Shown: piece after piece, positions 50,647 through 60,804 of the stretch
Layout: each line of letters begins with the position of its first letter
How positions within the stretch are numbered: position 1 is the stretch's first letter
From: Gemmatimonadota bacterium
GTDB taxonomy: Bacteria > Gemmatimonadota > Gemmatimonadetes > Gemmatimonadales > GWC2-71-9
Assembly (NCBI GenBank): GCA_036679645.1
Contig: JAZDCY010000056.1
Span: 93,820 to 157,819 of the forward strand
Reading direction: 5' to 3'
Length of the DNA stretch: 64,000 nucleotides
Made by a program: the position numbers and the translations under genes
Notes under the pieces: generated by a model
What the model was told of the DNA's origin: nothing
Database searches by the model: none
Seen by the model: only the letters and a program-made list of their open reading frames with translations

Positions 50647-51789
50647 TCACTCGGCATCACGCGCGAGTCGGTACACTGTTCCCGACTCGCTCAGGACGTA
50701 GAGTTCACCCGCGGCATCTGCTCCAAAGGACGTCACGCCGCCGACGTCTGGGAAGTCCCACTGGCGCGTATCGGTCACCGCGGCACCGTCGTAGCGGAAG
50801 CTCCGAATCCAGCCCGCACAGAAATCCGAGTAGAAATAGTGGCCACTAATCTCGGGAAGATCGCTGCCCCTATAGACGAAGCCCCCGGTGATTGCACATC
50901 CGCTCGGGTGAGCGTACTCGAGGGCGGGCACGACAAAATCAGACCGGTCGCACGTAGGTGGCCCAAAACAGTGGTCCCCCTCAGCGAGGTTCCACCCGTA
51001 ATTGAGCCCACCCTGGCCGGCCGGTACGACGTTCACCTCCTCCCACGCATCCTGTCCGACATCTGCCACGTACAGTAGTCCCTCGTCGAACGCCCAGCGC
51101 CATGGGTTCCGCAGTCCATACGCCCAGATCTCGGCGCGCGCGGACGGATCATTCGCGAAAGGATTATCGCCAGGAATGGCGTACGGCGACCCGCCGTCCA
51201 CATCGATGCGCAACAGGCTGCCCAAGAGCGTGCCGGTGTTCTGCCCGTGTCCTAACGGATCGGCTCCACTACCCCCGTCGCCAAGGCCGACATACAAGAA
51301 CCCGTCGCCACCGAAAAGGATGAGCCCACCATTGTGATTGGAGAAAGGCTGCGCAACGGAGAGCACCAATACGGCCGACGAAGGATCGGCCGCATCCGGA
51401 TCTGCGGATACTGCATACCGCACGATTTGCGTGGCTCCCGCACGATCCGTGTAGCTCGCGTACATGAAGCCGTTCGAAGCGTAGTCCGGATGGAAGGCAA
51501 TCGACAGCAGGCCTTGCTCCCCACCGCTACTCACTGCCGCGGAGAGGTCGAGAAACGGGGTCGGCAACACGACGCCATCACGAATCACGCGGACACGACC
51601 GTTCTTCTCCACGACGAACAGTCGAGGATCGCCGGCGGGCGAGGTCAGATACACGGGAGTCGACAACCCCGAGACCACCTCAACTAGTGCGATTCCGGCT
51701 GACGTACGTGGTCCTGACATATCGGTCCCCGTCCTGCTGCACCCGATCAGCACGAGGAACGTGAGGAGAGGCGCGCACCGTCGAATCAT
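50647..51789 (-). CDS. PQQ-dependent sugar dehydrogenase (GSDH family) lipoprotein
   Basis: LIGC lipobox, EQGLL, NHNGG, GDGG, YGLRNPWR, DVGQ..WEE. Confidence 0.9.
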   Translation of the reverse strand: MIRRCAPLLTFLVLIGCSRTGTDMSGPRTSAGIALVEVVSGLSTPVYLTSPAGDPRLFVVEKNGRVRVIRDGVVLPTPFLDLSAAVSSGGEQGLLSIAFHPDYASNGFMYASYTDRAGATQIVRYAVSADPDAADPSSAVLVLSVAQPFSNHNGGLILFGGDGFLYVGLGDGGSGADPLGHGQNTGTLLGSLLRIDVDGGSPYAIPGDNPFANDPSARAEIWAYGLRNPWRWAFDEGLLYVADVGQDAWEEVNVVPAGQGGLNYGWNLAEGDHCFGPPTCDRSDFVVPALEYAHPSGCAITGGFVYRGSDLPEISGHYFYSDFCAGWIRSFRYDGAAVTDTRQWDFPDVGGVTSFGADAAGELYVLSESGTVYRLARDAE

Positions 51790-52265
51790 TGCTTCGCCCG
51801 TCCCATCTTGCGCACGATATCGAAATCCTGTTTCGCCACCGGTTGCACCGAGAGCCGCATCCCCTTCTTCACAACCCACATCTTGGCGAGCAGCGGAGCC
51901 GCCTTCAACTCGGCGAGGGAGACCGTGTCGGCAAACTTCTCGACGAACTCGATATCGACGGCGTACCACGGCGGGGCGTCCTTCTTGGCCCTGGGATCGG
52001 CGTACTTGTGTCCCTTGCGAAACTGATAGGGATCCGGATACCCGTCTCGGACGACCGTGGCGATGCCGGTCACACCCGACGGATCGGCGTTCGACGCGTA
52101 AAAGAGTACGACGTCCCCCTGCTTGATCTCATCCCGCAGAAAATTCCGCGCCCGGTAGTTCCGGACACCTTCCCAACTGGTCGTACCATCCCGTTCGAGA
52201 TCCTCGATCGAGTAGGGCGATGGCTCGACCTTCATCAGCCAGTAGTGTTTCGGTCTCGGTGGCAC
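51786..52265 (-). CDS. EVE domain protein
   Basis: YWLMK.EP, WEGVRNYRARNF, RLSVQPV. GGAGGAGG RBS before GTG 52265. Confidence 0.92.
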   Translation of the reverse strand: MPPRPKHYWLMKVEPSPYSIEDLERDGTTSWEGVRNYRARNFLRDEIKQGDVVLFYASNADPSGVTGIATVVRDGYPDPYQFRKGHKYADPRAKKDAPPWYAVDIEFVEKFADTVSLAELKAAPLLAKMWVVKKGMRLSVQPVAKQDFDIVRKMGRAKQ

Positions 52266-52329
52266 GGTCCTCCTCCTTCCGTGCGGCGGCTCTCCCAATG
52301 GCCAAGGGAGGCGGCGCCTGGCAATCGCG

Positions 52330-52547
52330 TCAACGCCCGCGTGCGCGGGATTTCATCAGGCGCTTGAACCCGTACACGAGTTCCGTATCGCACAGGTGCC
52401 CGACGACCTCGATGACAGACCACCTACCCGGTGCTTCCGGTGTGCGCAACGTGGTCTCCGGCAGATCGGGATGATCTCGAGCAGTGATTGTACGTATGCA
52501 CTGGGATCACGGGCCGCATCTGGCACTCGGTTCGACAACGACATCAC
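52330..52547 (-). pseudogene. DinB-family remnant
   Basis: MSLSN..AYVQSLLEII, then in a shifted frame LRTPEAPGRWSVIEVVGHLCDTELVYGF, then truncated. Confidence 0.7.
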
Positions 52548-52556
52548 AGCACCCCT

Positions 52557-53741
52557 TCACCCGGCAAACGCGTTCAGTCCCGTCACCGCCTGGCCCAGAA
52601 TCAGCGTGTGCATATCGTGTGTCCCCTCGTAGGTGTACACGCTCTCGAGGTTGGCGAGGTGACGCATCGCCTGGTACTCCACCAGAATGCCATTCGCGCC
52701 CAGCAGCCGCCGGGCTTCCCGAGCGCATTCCGAGGCCATGTTCACGTTGTTGCGTTTTGCCAGGGATACCTGCTGAGGTGTTACCCGCCCTCCGTCCTTC
52801 AGACGTCCGAGCTGAATGTTCAGCAACTGCGCTTTGGTGATCTCGGTGAGCATTTCCGCGAGACGCGCCTGCTGAATCTGGAATCCGCCAATCGGCCGGT
52901 CGAACATCACGCGGTTCTTCGCGTACGACAGTGCCTCATCGTAACACGCCATCGCGGCACCGACCGCACCGAACGCAATACCATAGCGCGCCTGCGTAAG
53001 ACACATGAGCGGGGACTTGAGTCCGCCGCTGCTTGGCATCAAGGCGTCGTCCGGCACCCACACGTCGTCGAGCACCAACTCACTCGTGTCGCTCGCGCGG
53101 AGACTGAGTTTGCCCTTCTGGTCCTTAGCGCTGAACCCCTTCGTGTCCGTGGGCACGATGAAGCCGCGGATGCTGCTAGTGTCGTCGGGCTCACCGGTCT
53201 TGGCCCAGATGATCGCGACGTGCGCTGTGGAGCCGTTGGTAATCCACATCTTGGCGCCGTTGATCACCCACCCACCGTCGGACGCGCGGGCCGTTGTGAT
53301 CATCCCACCGGGATTGGATCCGAAGTCCGGTTCCGTGAGACCAAAGCAGCCAATTCTCGCGCCGCTGGCCAGCTGCGGCAGCCAATGCCGCTTCTGTTCC
53401 TCGCTGCCAAACGCGAAGATGGGATACATGACGAGCGCGCCCTGGACCGACGCGAACGAGCGCACGCCGGAATCGCCGCGCTCCAGCTCCTGCATGATCA
53501 AGCCGTACGCAACGTTGTTCAGCCCGGCGCACCCGTACTCTTCCGGCAGGTTGGCGCCGAACATGCCCAGCTCGGCCATCTTGGGAACTAGTCCCTTCGG
53601 GAACGTCCCCTCGATATAGTGCTCGCCGATAACCGGCATCACCTCGTCATCCACGAAGCGCCGCACCGTGTCCCGGACCGCGCGTTCCTCTTCGGATAAC
53701 AGCGTATCGCTCTCGTAGAAATCCACGCCCTCGAAAGGCAT
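52557..53741 (-). CDS. Acyl-CoA dehydrogenase (glutaryl-CoA dehydrogenase-like)
   Basis: ELERGDSG.RS, CFGLTEPDFGS, KMWITNG, SLRAS.T, TYEGTHD. Confidence 0.92.
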   Translation of the reverse strand: MPFEGVDFYESDTLLSEEERAVRDTVRRFVDDEVMPVIGEHYIEGTFPKGLVPKMAELGMFGANLPEEYGCAGLNNVAYGLIMQELERGDSGVRSFASVQGALVMYPIFAFGSEEQKRHWLPQLASGARIGCFGLTEPDFGSNPGGMITTARASDGGWVINGAKMWITNGSTAHVAIIWAKTGEPDDTSSIRGFIVPTDTKGFSAKDQKGKLSLRASDTSELVLDDVWVPDDALMPSSGGLKSPLMCLTQARYGIAFGAVGAAMACYDEALSYAKNRVMFDRPIGGFQIQQARLAEMLTEITKAQLLNIQLGRLKDGGRVTPQQVSLAKRNNVNMASECAREARRLLGANGILVEYQAMRHLANLESVYTYEGTHDMHTLILGQAVTGLNAFAG

Positions 53742-54451
53742 TATTCCTCCGGAAACAGTGATGCTTCGACGGCGGCTGGCGTCGACTCCAGGTCGCGCCG
53801 CGCCGTGGGTTCGATACCTACCTCCAACGCCTTGCGCCGGAAACCGGGACCGTGATCGACGTCGATTCCCGACTCGGCCTGCCATTGGTGCACCATCTCG
53901 TGGAGCAGCGTCTTCGCGGCTTCCACCCATCCGTCCCGCTCGATGTGCTGCCGGTTGAGCGCAATTTCCACGGCGCCGTGCCGCTCGTCCAAGACCAGCG
54001 CCCCCAGCTGGGTCCGCATGCGTCGGGAGAGGCGAAACCGAATGGCCGAGAGGGTCCCGCCAAAGAAGCGCTCGTTCAGAAGCGCGTGACGGCGTCGCGC
54101 CTCGGACAACAGGGAATGTTCGTCGCGCCGGATCTTGCGTCGGCGGCGCGGCGCCGCCGCATAGTGCTCAACCGGAAAGATCAGCAATTGCCGCTCCGCG
54201 TCGAGACGTTCGCGGCGCGTACGCGCCCGGAGGAACTTCACGATGGCCCCGAGCACGCGATCGGACGCGTACGCGTATCCGCGATGCAGACGAAGGGTCT
54301 GCTGTGATACGCTTACCATCACGGTACGATTCTGGTGCACGGCGACCCGGTCCACGCCACTCAGGCCCAGGGCCGTCAGCCGCCGTGCCAGCAATGCTTC
54401 ATCCGCGAGGCGGCCCGCCTCGTCAGTTCGGGACGCCGACTTCCGCTTCAT
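53741..54451 (-). CDS. SprT-like zinc metalloprotease
   Basis: TLLHEMVHQWQ...DHGPGF; LNERFFGG.L. Confidence 0.85.
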   Translation of the reverse strand: MKRKSASRTDEAGRLADEALLARRLTALGLSGVDRVAVHQNRTVMVSVSQQTLRLHRGYAYASDRVLGAIVKFLRARTRRERLDAERQLLIFPVEHYAAAPRRRRKIRRDEHSLLSEARRRHALLNERFFGGTLSAIRFRLSRRMRTQLGALVLDERHGAVEIALNRQHIERDGWVEAAKTLLHEMVHQWQAESGIDVDHGPGFRRKALEVGIEPTARRDLESTPAAVEASLFPEE

Positions 54452-55286
54452 CGGGCTTCGTCTCGAGCCGGCGTGTGCGCGCAAACTGGTGCCTGTCCGA
54501 TCGCTTGAACACGCCGCGCGCAACATCCCACCGATAGCACTCGATGTGGATCGCATCCTCCTCGACCAGAATCCGGTGGAACACCGGCGGCCCGCCGCCA
54601 CGCGAGCGCGCCGAGAGCGTGCCGGCGCACGAAACGACCACGCCGTCGAGTGTGTCCACCTGTTCCTGATGGTCGTGGCCACACAATACGAGTTCCGCTC
54701 CCGACGCCACGATACGGCGCTGCGCCTGTCGCCACCGAGCTAGCCCCATTCGCTGCGACAGCTCGCCGCGCAACACGTTGTGATGCAGCACGAGCACGCG
54801 GATCTGGTCTGGGGTAGCCCGCTGCAACGCCTCCCCGGCGCGAAGGATCTCCCGCTTCGGGAGGTGTCCCTTCACCGCGATGTCCCGAATCCTGGGCGTG
54901 AGCGATCCCCACGCGACGCCGTGTGCGGTCAACGTGCCAGTAATCAGGGCTTGCGGGAGCTCGAGCGTGGGCGTGAGCGTGGGTCCGAAGTAGCGGCGGT
55001 ACTTCTCGTACTTCACCGCGCCCGCAAAGGGCACGAAGGGGCGCCACCACCACTGGACATCGTGGTTTCCGGGTAGGACATACACCGGTGCCGTTCGCTC
55101 GAGTTCGCGCACGTGGGCCCGAGCCCGCTGAAACTCGCCATGACGGGCGCGTTGTGAGACATCACCCGAGATGACGATGACCTCTGGTTCGAGATCTGGC
55201 ACCAGCGCCTCCACCGCCTCGATCTGCGCGAGGTCGGCGAAGCCACCAAAGTGGAGATCCGACAAATGAATGAGACTGAAGGTCAC
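54423..55286 (-). CDS. CpdA-like metallophosphoesterase
   Basis: HLSDLHFG, SGD, PGNHD, HHN, GHDH. Confidence 0.9.
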   Translation of the reverse strand: MTFSLIHLSDLHFGGFADLAQIEAVEALVPDLEPEVIVISGDVSQRARHGEFQRARAHVRELERTAPVYVLPGNHDVQWWWRPFVPFAGAVKYEKYRRYFGPTLTPTLELPQALITGTLTAHGVAWGSLTPRIRDIAVKGHLPKREILRAGEALQRATPDQIRVLVLHHNVLRGELSQRMGLARWRQAQRRIVASGAELVLCGHDHQEQVDTLDGVVVSCAGTLSARSRGGGPPVFHRILVEEDAIHIECYRWDVARGVFKRSDRHQFARTRRLETKPDEAEVGVPN

Positions 55287-55296
55287 GCGTCGCCCT

Positions 55297-55614
55297 CTAG
55301 TAGCGCAGAAACCACTCGCGCGCGATCCGCAGCGCCATGATTCGCGTCACGATAAACCACATCACGACCGCTCCCCCGCTGACGGTGCGCACCGTCTGGT
55401 CCTGCGGAACCCGCACGAACACATAGGCCCCGAATATGATGGTGGTGCCAAGACTCACCCACCGTGCGATGCGTGCCGCTTTTCGGTTTGCCTCGCGCCA
55501 GCACTGCGCGCAAATCTGCCCGAGCGGAAGATCCACGTCCCGATGACAGCGCGGACACTCTCGCTCACGCAAGCCGCCGAACGGCGGCGTCTGCGAACTC
55601 AGCGGTCGAAGCAT
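55297..55614 (-). CDS. Small membrane protein with two CxxC motifs
   Basis: CPRC..CAQC followed by two TM segments. AGGAGG RBS. Confidence 0.6.
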   Translation of the reverse strand: MLRPLSSQTPPFGGLRERECPRCHRDVDLPLGQICAQCWREANRKAARIARWVSLGTTIIFGAYVFVRVPQDQTVRTVSGGAVVMWFIVTRIMALRIAREWFLRY

Positions 55615-56581
55615 TGCCTCCTAGGTCCCGCGTCCGGATACTATCGTCACGGAGCGTCTGCACGACGGCTTTTCGGATCCGGGCAGCAACGTCCGGTTGC
55701 CCGAGATGATCCAGCATCATACACGCGGCGAGAATGAGTGCCGTCGGATTGGCAACACCCTGTCCCGCGATATCCGGAGCCGAACCGTGTACTGCCTCGA
55801 AGAGCGCGGCATCCCGGCCGATGTTTGCCCCCGGGGTAAGCCCGAGACCACCAACTAGGCCAGCGATCTCATCGCTCAGGATGTCGCCAAACATGTTCGT
55901 CGTCACGAGCACGTCGAACTGTGTAGGGTCGAGGACGAGTTTCATTGCACATGCATCGATTATGACGTCATCCACTGCAATGCGGTCGCCGTACTGCTCG
56001 GATACGTCGCGCGCGACATCTAGAAAGAGCCCGCTCACCGCCTTCAGGATATTGGCCTTGTGCACGACCGTCACCTTCCGCCGGCCGTGCCGCACGGCGT
56101 AGTCGAAAGCGTACTGCACGATACGCTCGCATCCCTTCCGCGTCACGATAGCGGTGGATTGCGCTACGGCGTGCGGGTCCCCGTCGATGGCGATGAACGT
56201 CTCATGCCCAATGTACAGTCCTTCGGTGTTCTCCCGGACCAGAACGAGATCGATATCGTCATAGCGACCCCCGGGGATGATCGTTTGCGCCGGTCGTACG
56301 TTAGCGAACAGATCGAACTCGCGGCGCAACGCCACGTTTACCGATCGGAACCCCTTCCCCACCGGCGTCGTGAGCGGCCCTTTCAGCACCGTACGGTTGT
56401 GCCGCACACTCTCGATCGTCGCATCCGGGAGCGGATCGCCCGCATCGTCGAGCGCCGCCATGCCGCCGAGTTGCCGATCCCACATCACGTCGGTCCCTGC
56501 GCATTCGAGGACCCGCAACGTCGCATCGGTGATCTCAGGTCCGATTCCGTCACCCGGAATCAGCGTCACCGTCGCGGTCAC
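55565..56581 (-). CDS. Isocitrate/isopropylmalate dehydrogenase family (NAD-IDH-like)
   Basis: IPGDGIGPE, KGPLTTP, RENTE, HKANI, NMFGDILSD, EAVHGSAPDIAG. Confidence 0.93.
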   Translation of the reverse strand: MTATVTLIPGDGIGPEITDATLRVLECAGTDVMWDRQLGGMAALDDAGDPLPDATIESVRHNRTVLKGPLTTPVGKGFRSVNVALRREFDLFANVRPAQTIIPGGRYDDIDLVLVRENTEGLYIGHETFIAIDGDPHAVAQSTAIVTRKGCERIVQYAFDYAVRHGRRKVTVVHKANILKAVSGLFLDVARDVSEQYGDRIAVDDVIIDACAMKLVLDPTQFDVLVTTNMFGDILSDEIAGLVGGLGLTPGANIGRDAALFEAVHGSAPDIAGQGVANPTALILAACMMLDHLGQPDVAARIRKAVVQTLRDDSIRTRDLGGNASTAEFADAAVRRLA

Positions 56582-57213
56582 GGCAGCCCGGGTGTCAGGC
56601 GTTTGAACGCTTCTCGGAGCGCGGTCCACGGGTCGGTTGCGGCAGCCCTGGCCACGGTGCGCCAGACGAGGCGGCCCGTACGTACGTCTGTGAGGACGAG
56701 CGTCAACTGGGCCTCTCCCAGATCGGTACTGTCGGGCCCCTCGACGAACACGAGGCTGGCGGGCACGAGCGCGAACCGCCCACCCGCCACTCCATTCAAC
56801 GTGCGCATCTGAGATCGGAGGGGATCGGGTACCTGGGACAATCCCGGCGTCCGGAGGAGGGCCGTTCCCATCCGGTAGGGGTCGGCGAGCATGCCCGGCG
56901 CCCGCCGCGACGCACGCAGAAGCTGAGCCGGCAAGATCCACGTCACCTCGGGCGACCGCTCGAGCAGCAACGCCCGGATAATGCTGTCGGCGCGGTCAAG
57001 CGCTTCCCGACGCGGCGACATCTCGTCACTCCATCCGAGTGTCTCGACGGCCACCACTAGCGTCATCGGATACACGGTCACCTGCTGGCCCGCCAACCCT
57101 CCGGTCGGAAGCGGCGAGGTGGGAGCGGGAACGGTCACGGCCGGCTGAGAGCTCCCGCAGCCGGCCGTACCAAGCACGAGCGCTACAAGGACGGCGCTCA
57201 GGCGTTGCGCCAC
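56578..57213 (-). CDS. Hypothetical lipoprotein
   Basis: LVLGTAGC lipobox; LVLTDVRTGRLVW motif. Confidence 0.7.
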   Translation of the reverse strand: MAQRLSAVLVALVLGTAGCGSSQPAVTVPAPTSPLPTGGLAGQQVTVYPMTLVVAVETLGWSDEMSPRREALDRADSIIRALLLERSPEVTWILPAQLLRASRRAPGMLADPYRMGTALLRTPGLSQVPDPLRSQMRTLNGVAGGRFALVPASLVFVEGPDSTDLGEAQLTLVLTDVRTGRLVWRTVARAAATDPWTALREAFKRLTPGLP

Positions 57214-57971
57214 ACCGGCCGCCGCTTCTCAAGGAACGCCGCTATCCCTTCATGGGGATCGGCAAGTGCCATTAGCTCACGGAGATACAGGTTCTCGACC
57301 TTATAGAGCGCTTCCTCATACGTCGAGTAGTACGTGGCGGTTTGCGCGCGGCGGGCGATCTGCATGACCGGCCCCGAGTTCTCCGTGAGACGGTCGATGA
57401 GAGCATCCAGATCCGCATCGAACGTCTCGTCGGGAAAGACGCAGTTGACCAACCCGTACGTCGCCAACTCGGTCGCGGTAATCTCCTGTCCCAACAGAAT
57501 CCACTCCATCGCCTTCCGGCGGGGAGCCGCCCGCGGCAGCACCACGCATGCGACCGGGGGAAACACACCTTGGCGAACCTGCGGCAAGCTGAAACGCGCC
57601 GATTCCTTCGCCATGACGAGATTGCACCCGATAGCCAGTTCGAAACCGCTGGCCGCCGCGGTCCCGTTGACAGCCGCCACAGACACCACGTCCAGTAGCC
57701 GGATCGTCTCGAACGTGCGATGGAATACTTGGAGCATTCGCGAAATCTTGTCGCGCGTGTGGTCCTTCACATCGACCCCGCCGCAGAACACGTCCCCCTT
57801 ACCCTGCAGCACCAGGACCTTCAAGTTCTTGCGCCCGCGCAGCTCCAGCAGGGCGTGGTTCAACTCCTCCATCATCTCGATGGTCATGATATTGAGCGGC
57901 GGGCGGTCCAGCGTCAGCCGGGCCGCCTGACCGTCGCGCGTCAGTTCGGAGATCAGGAACTCACTGCTCAC
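57198..57971 (-). CDS. Enoyl-CoA hydratase/isomerase family protein
   Basis: RPPLN, FCGGVDV, AAVNG...GFEL, EGIAAFLEKR.P.W. Confidence 0.9.
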   Translation of the reverse strand: MSSEFLISELTRDGQAARLTLDRPPLNIMTIEMMEELNHALLELRGRKNLKVLVLQGKGDVFCGGVDVKDHTRDKISRMLQVFHRTFETIRLLDVVSVAAVNGTAAASGFELAIGCNLVMAKESARFSLPQVRQGVFPPVACVVLPRAAPRRKAMEWILLGQEITATELATYGLVNCVFPDETFDADLDALIDRLTENSGPVMQIARRAQTATYYSTYEEALYKVENLYLRELMALADPHEGIAAFLEKRRPVWRNA

Positions 57972-58013
57972 CGTTGGCCTCGCGGCGCAAAGGGAAACGG
58001 GCGGGCCGCCACG

Positions 58014-58808
58014 TCAGGAGACGCTGAGCCCACCGTCCACAAAGATAACCTGTCCGGTGATGTGTCGCGCTTGGTGGGAACAGAGAAACAGTACCACGTT
58101 GGCGATGTCCTCCGGCTCGGCGAGCCGCCCCAGAACCGCATCACGCTTGGCGCGCTCGAGCACGTCTTCCGGGAGGGCCTCGATCAGTTCCGTCCTGACA
58201 AAACCGGGCGCCACCGCATTGACGTTAACGTTGGAAGGACCCAACTCGACCGCCGCCGAGCGTGTGAGGCCCACGAGCGCGGACTTGCTCGCCGCGTAGG
58301 CCGCCACCCCAAAGCTCGGGTAATAGGCTTGTATGGATGAGATACTGACAATCTTGCCACCGTGCTGTTCGCGGTAGATCCGGGACACCGCCTGTGTGAA
58401 GTGAAACGCACCGGCGATGTTGGTATCCATCACATCCTTCCACGATTCTGAGCTGAGACGCCATAACGCGCCATCGCGGGCGATTCCGGCGTTGTTGACG
58501 AGATAGTGGATACCACCCAACTCGGCGCGGACATCCGCGACGAACTGCTCGACGGCTTCCTGATCGCGCACGTCACAGCGATCAGCGTAAACCGAGACCC
58601 CTTGCGCCCGGAGCGCGGTCTCCGACAGGAGTGCCTGCGCGGCAATGTCGCGACCGGGAAGATCTACGTAGTTGAAGCCGACGTTGACGCCCCGCCGGGC
58701 AAACTCCATCGCGATGGCTCGACCGATGCCCGTCGCTCCACCCGTTACGACCGCGGTGTTGCCCCGCATTTCGGAGTCGTCCCAGGCGTCACGCTTCGGC
58801 TGCGGCAC
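58014..58808 (-). CDS. FabG-like short-chain dehydrogenase/reductase
   Basis: TGGATGIG, NNAGI, YAASK, NAVAPG. Confidence 0.92.
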   Translation of the reverse strand: MPQPKRDAWDDSEMRGNTAVVTGGATGIGRAIAMEFARRGVNVGFNYVDLPGRDIAAQALLSETALRAQGVSVYADRCDVRDQEAVEQFVADVRAELGGIHYLVNNAGIARDGALWRLSSESWKDVMDTNIAGAFHFTQAVSRIYREQHGGKIVSISSIQAYYPSFGVAAYAASKSALVGLTRSAAVELGPSNVNVNAVAPGFVRTELIEALPEDVLERAKRDAVLGRLAEPEDIANVVLFLCSHQARHITGQVIFVDGGLSVS

Positions 58809-58912
58809 GGGTGCCAGCGCCGCGCCCGATTCACGCTGCGGGCTGGAGCTCGCGAGCCACTCGGGCTCCTGAGGCGTAAATGGTATGGGGACCGCCAGTT
58901 AGCAGAGGGGGG

Positions 58913-58941
58913 AACGTACGACCCGGTACTTGCGACGGCAA
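58913..58941 (-). promoter_or_regulatory. Putative sigma-70 promoter (TTGCCG-N17-TACGTT) for the SDR operon
   Basis: Hexamers at 58936-58941 and 58913-58918 with a 17-nt spacer. Confidence 0.45.
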
Positions 58942-59015
58942 GCGTGGGACGCGACACCTTCGCGCCCACAGTCCACCGTACAGAGCCACCCGCGGGAGAC
59001 GGGTTTGGGTGCGTC

Positions 59016-60779
59016 TTATCCGGTCTGGCCCGGCGGCCGCGAAGATGCCGCGCGCGCCGCCAGTGCGCCGCGCAGCGCGACCACCGCCTCGAACACGAGC
59101 CACAGCTCCAGCACGAAGATCGCTCCACCCACCACCAGGAGCAGCACTTGGCTGTCGCTGTAGTAACGGATCAGGTTGAGTACCATCGCCCAGGTGGTCA
59201 TCACCAGAAGAAACACCATGGGGATAACCGTCACCCAGATGCGACGCCCCAGCCGGTACAGGAAGAGCGTAATGACCAGCAGGCTAAGACCGCCGGTCAG
59301 TTGGTTGGTCGTGCCAAACAGCGCCCAGAGCCGCATGCCGCCCGCTCCCCGGTCGAGCCCAAGCGCCAAGAAAGCGCAGCTCACGACCGCGATAGTCGTA
59401 GCGAACACGCGGTGCTGCACGAAGCGCACTTTGTATTGGGCACCGAGTTCGGCAATGATGTAACGCTGGAGCCGCACACCGGTATCCATCGTCGTCGCGG
59501 CGAACGTGATGACGACAACGGCGGCGAAAATCACCGCAACGTCGTGCGGGATCCCGATCCCTTGCGCGAGTTGGCCGACGCCCTGCACAAACGCGGTCGT
59601 GGCGCCGGCCGATGCCCGCGCCCACGTTCCATAGTGCTCGTGCCACCCGTCGACACCAACCACCACCGCAAAGCCTGCCGTGGTCGCAAGGATGGCCGTG
59701 AGCGCCAACATGCCTTCCCCAATGGCCCCTCCGTAGCCCACGTAGCGCGCGTCTGTTTCCTTGTCCAGTTGCTTGGAGGACGTTCCCGACGCGACAAGAC
59801 CGTGAAACCCACTGATGGCCCCGCACGCAATCGTGATGAACAGTAGCGGAAACCAGTTCGGGGCATCGGCCGGCAATTGGCGGTTCACCGCTGGCGCCAC
59901 GACATCGGGATTAGTAAACAGCACCCCGAGGAAAATGATACCGAGGGCCACGAACAGCTGATGGCTGTTGACGTAGTCGCGCGGCTGGAGCAGCAACCAC
60001 ACCGGAAGGACACTCGCAATAAACGCGTAGACGAACAGGAGGATCACCCAGCCGGCACGTACACCGTCCGTACGGGTGGCATCGGCCGCCGCTCCGGCCC
60101 CTTCCGCCAACTGGGCGGCGGTTGGGCTGAATCCAAAAAAATCGGGAAGGTTGAAGGACGCATATTGCCCAAGCCATATCATCAGGTACAACACCGCTAG
60201 CGCACCGAGCGACGGCCACAGGATCCCGACCCGCGTGCGATAGATGAGGAACCCGACAATGAGAGCGACTGCCAGGCTCCCCCAGACCGGGAGAACGGCA
60301 CCAGGATTGGCAAGCAGGAGGTTGGCGATGACGACGGCGAAGACCGCGTTCACCAGCAGCAACAGGAAGAAGATGATCAGCAAGAAGAGCACGCGCGCGC
60401 GGCCGCCCACGAGAGACTCCGCCAGCGTGCCGATCGAATTCGCTTTGTGCCGCGTCGAGATCCACAGGGTCCCGAAATCGTGAACCGCGCCCGCCAATAT
60501 GGTTCCCAATACGACCCAGAGAAACGCCGGCAACCATCCCCAGATGACGGCTATCGCAGGACCCACGATGGGCGCCGCACCAGCGACCGACGTGAAGTGG
60601 TGACCAAACAACACGTGCCGGTTGGTCGGGACAAAATCCACGCCGTCCTGAAACTCGTGGGCGGGCGTGCGAAAATCTGGGTCGAGTTGGTAGATCCGCT
60701 GCGCGAGGTACCGCGAGTAGATGCGGTAGCCTGTGAGGAATGCCAGTAATCCGACGACCAGGAGGGCGATGGAACTCAC
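59016..60779 (-). CDS. cstA: Carbon starvation protein A transporter
   Basis: TPAHEF.DG.DFVP, GHHFTSVAGAAPIVGP, LLLQPRDY, ACGAISGFH, LFGTTNQL. Confidence 0.95.
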   Translation of the reverse strand: MSSIALLVVGLLAFLTGYRIYSRYLAQRIYQLDPDFRTPAHEFQDGVDFVPTNRHVLFGHHFTSVAGAAPIVGPAIAVIWGWLPAFLWVVLGTILAGAVHDFGTLWISTRHKANSIGTLAESLVGGRARVLFLLIIFFLLLLVNAVFAVVIANLLLANPGAVLPVWGSLAVALIVGFLIYRTRVGILWPSLGALAVLYLMIWLGQYASFNLPDFFGFSPTAAQLAEGAGAAADATRTDGVRAGWVILLFVYAFIASVLPVWLLLQPRDYVNSHQLFVALGIIFLGVLFTNPDVVAPAVNRQLPADAPNWFPLLFITIACGAISGFHGLVASGTSSKQLDKETDARYVGYGGAIGEGMLALTAILATTAGFAVVVGVDGWHEHYGTWARASAGATTAFVQGVGQLAQGIGIPHDVAVIFAAVVVITFAATTMDTGVRLQRYIIAELGAQYKVRFVQHRVFATTIAVVSCAFLALGLDRGAGGMRLWALFGTTNQLTGGLSLLVITLFLYRLGRRIWVTVIPMVFLLVMTTWAMVLNLIRYYSDSQVLLLVVGGAIFVLELWLVFEAVVALRGALAARAASSRPPGQTG

Positions 60780-60804
60780 GCGAACCTCGTAATGGACTCC
60801 ACGC

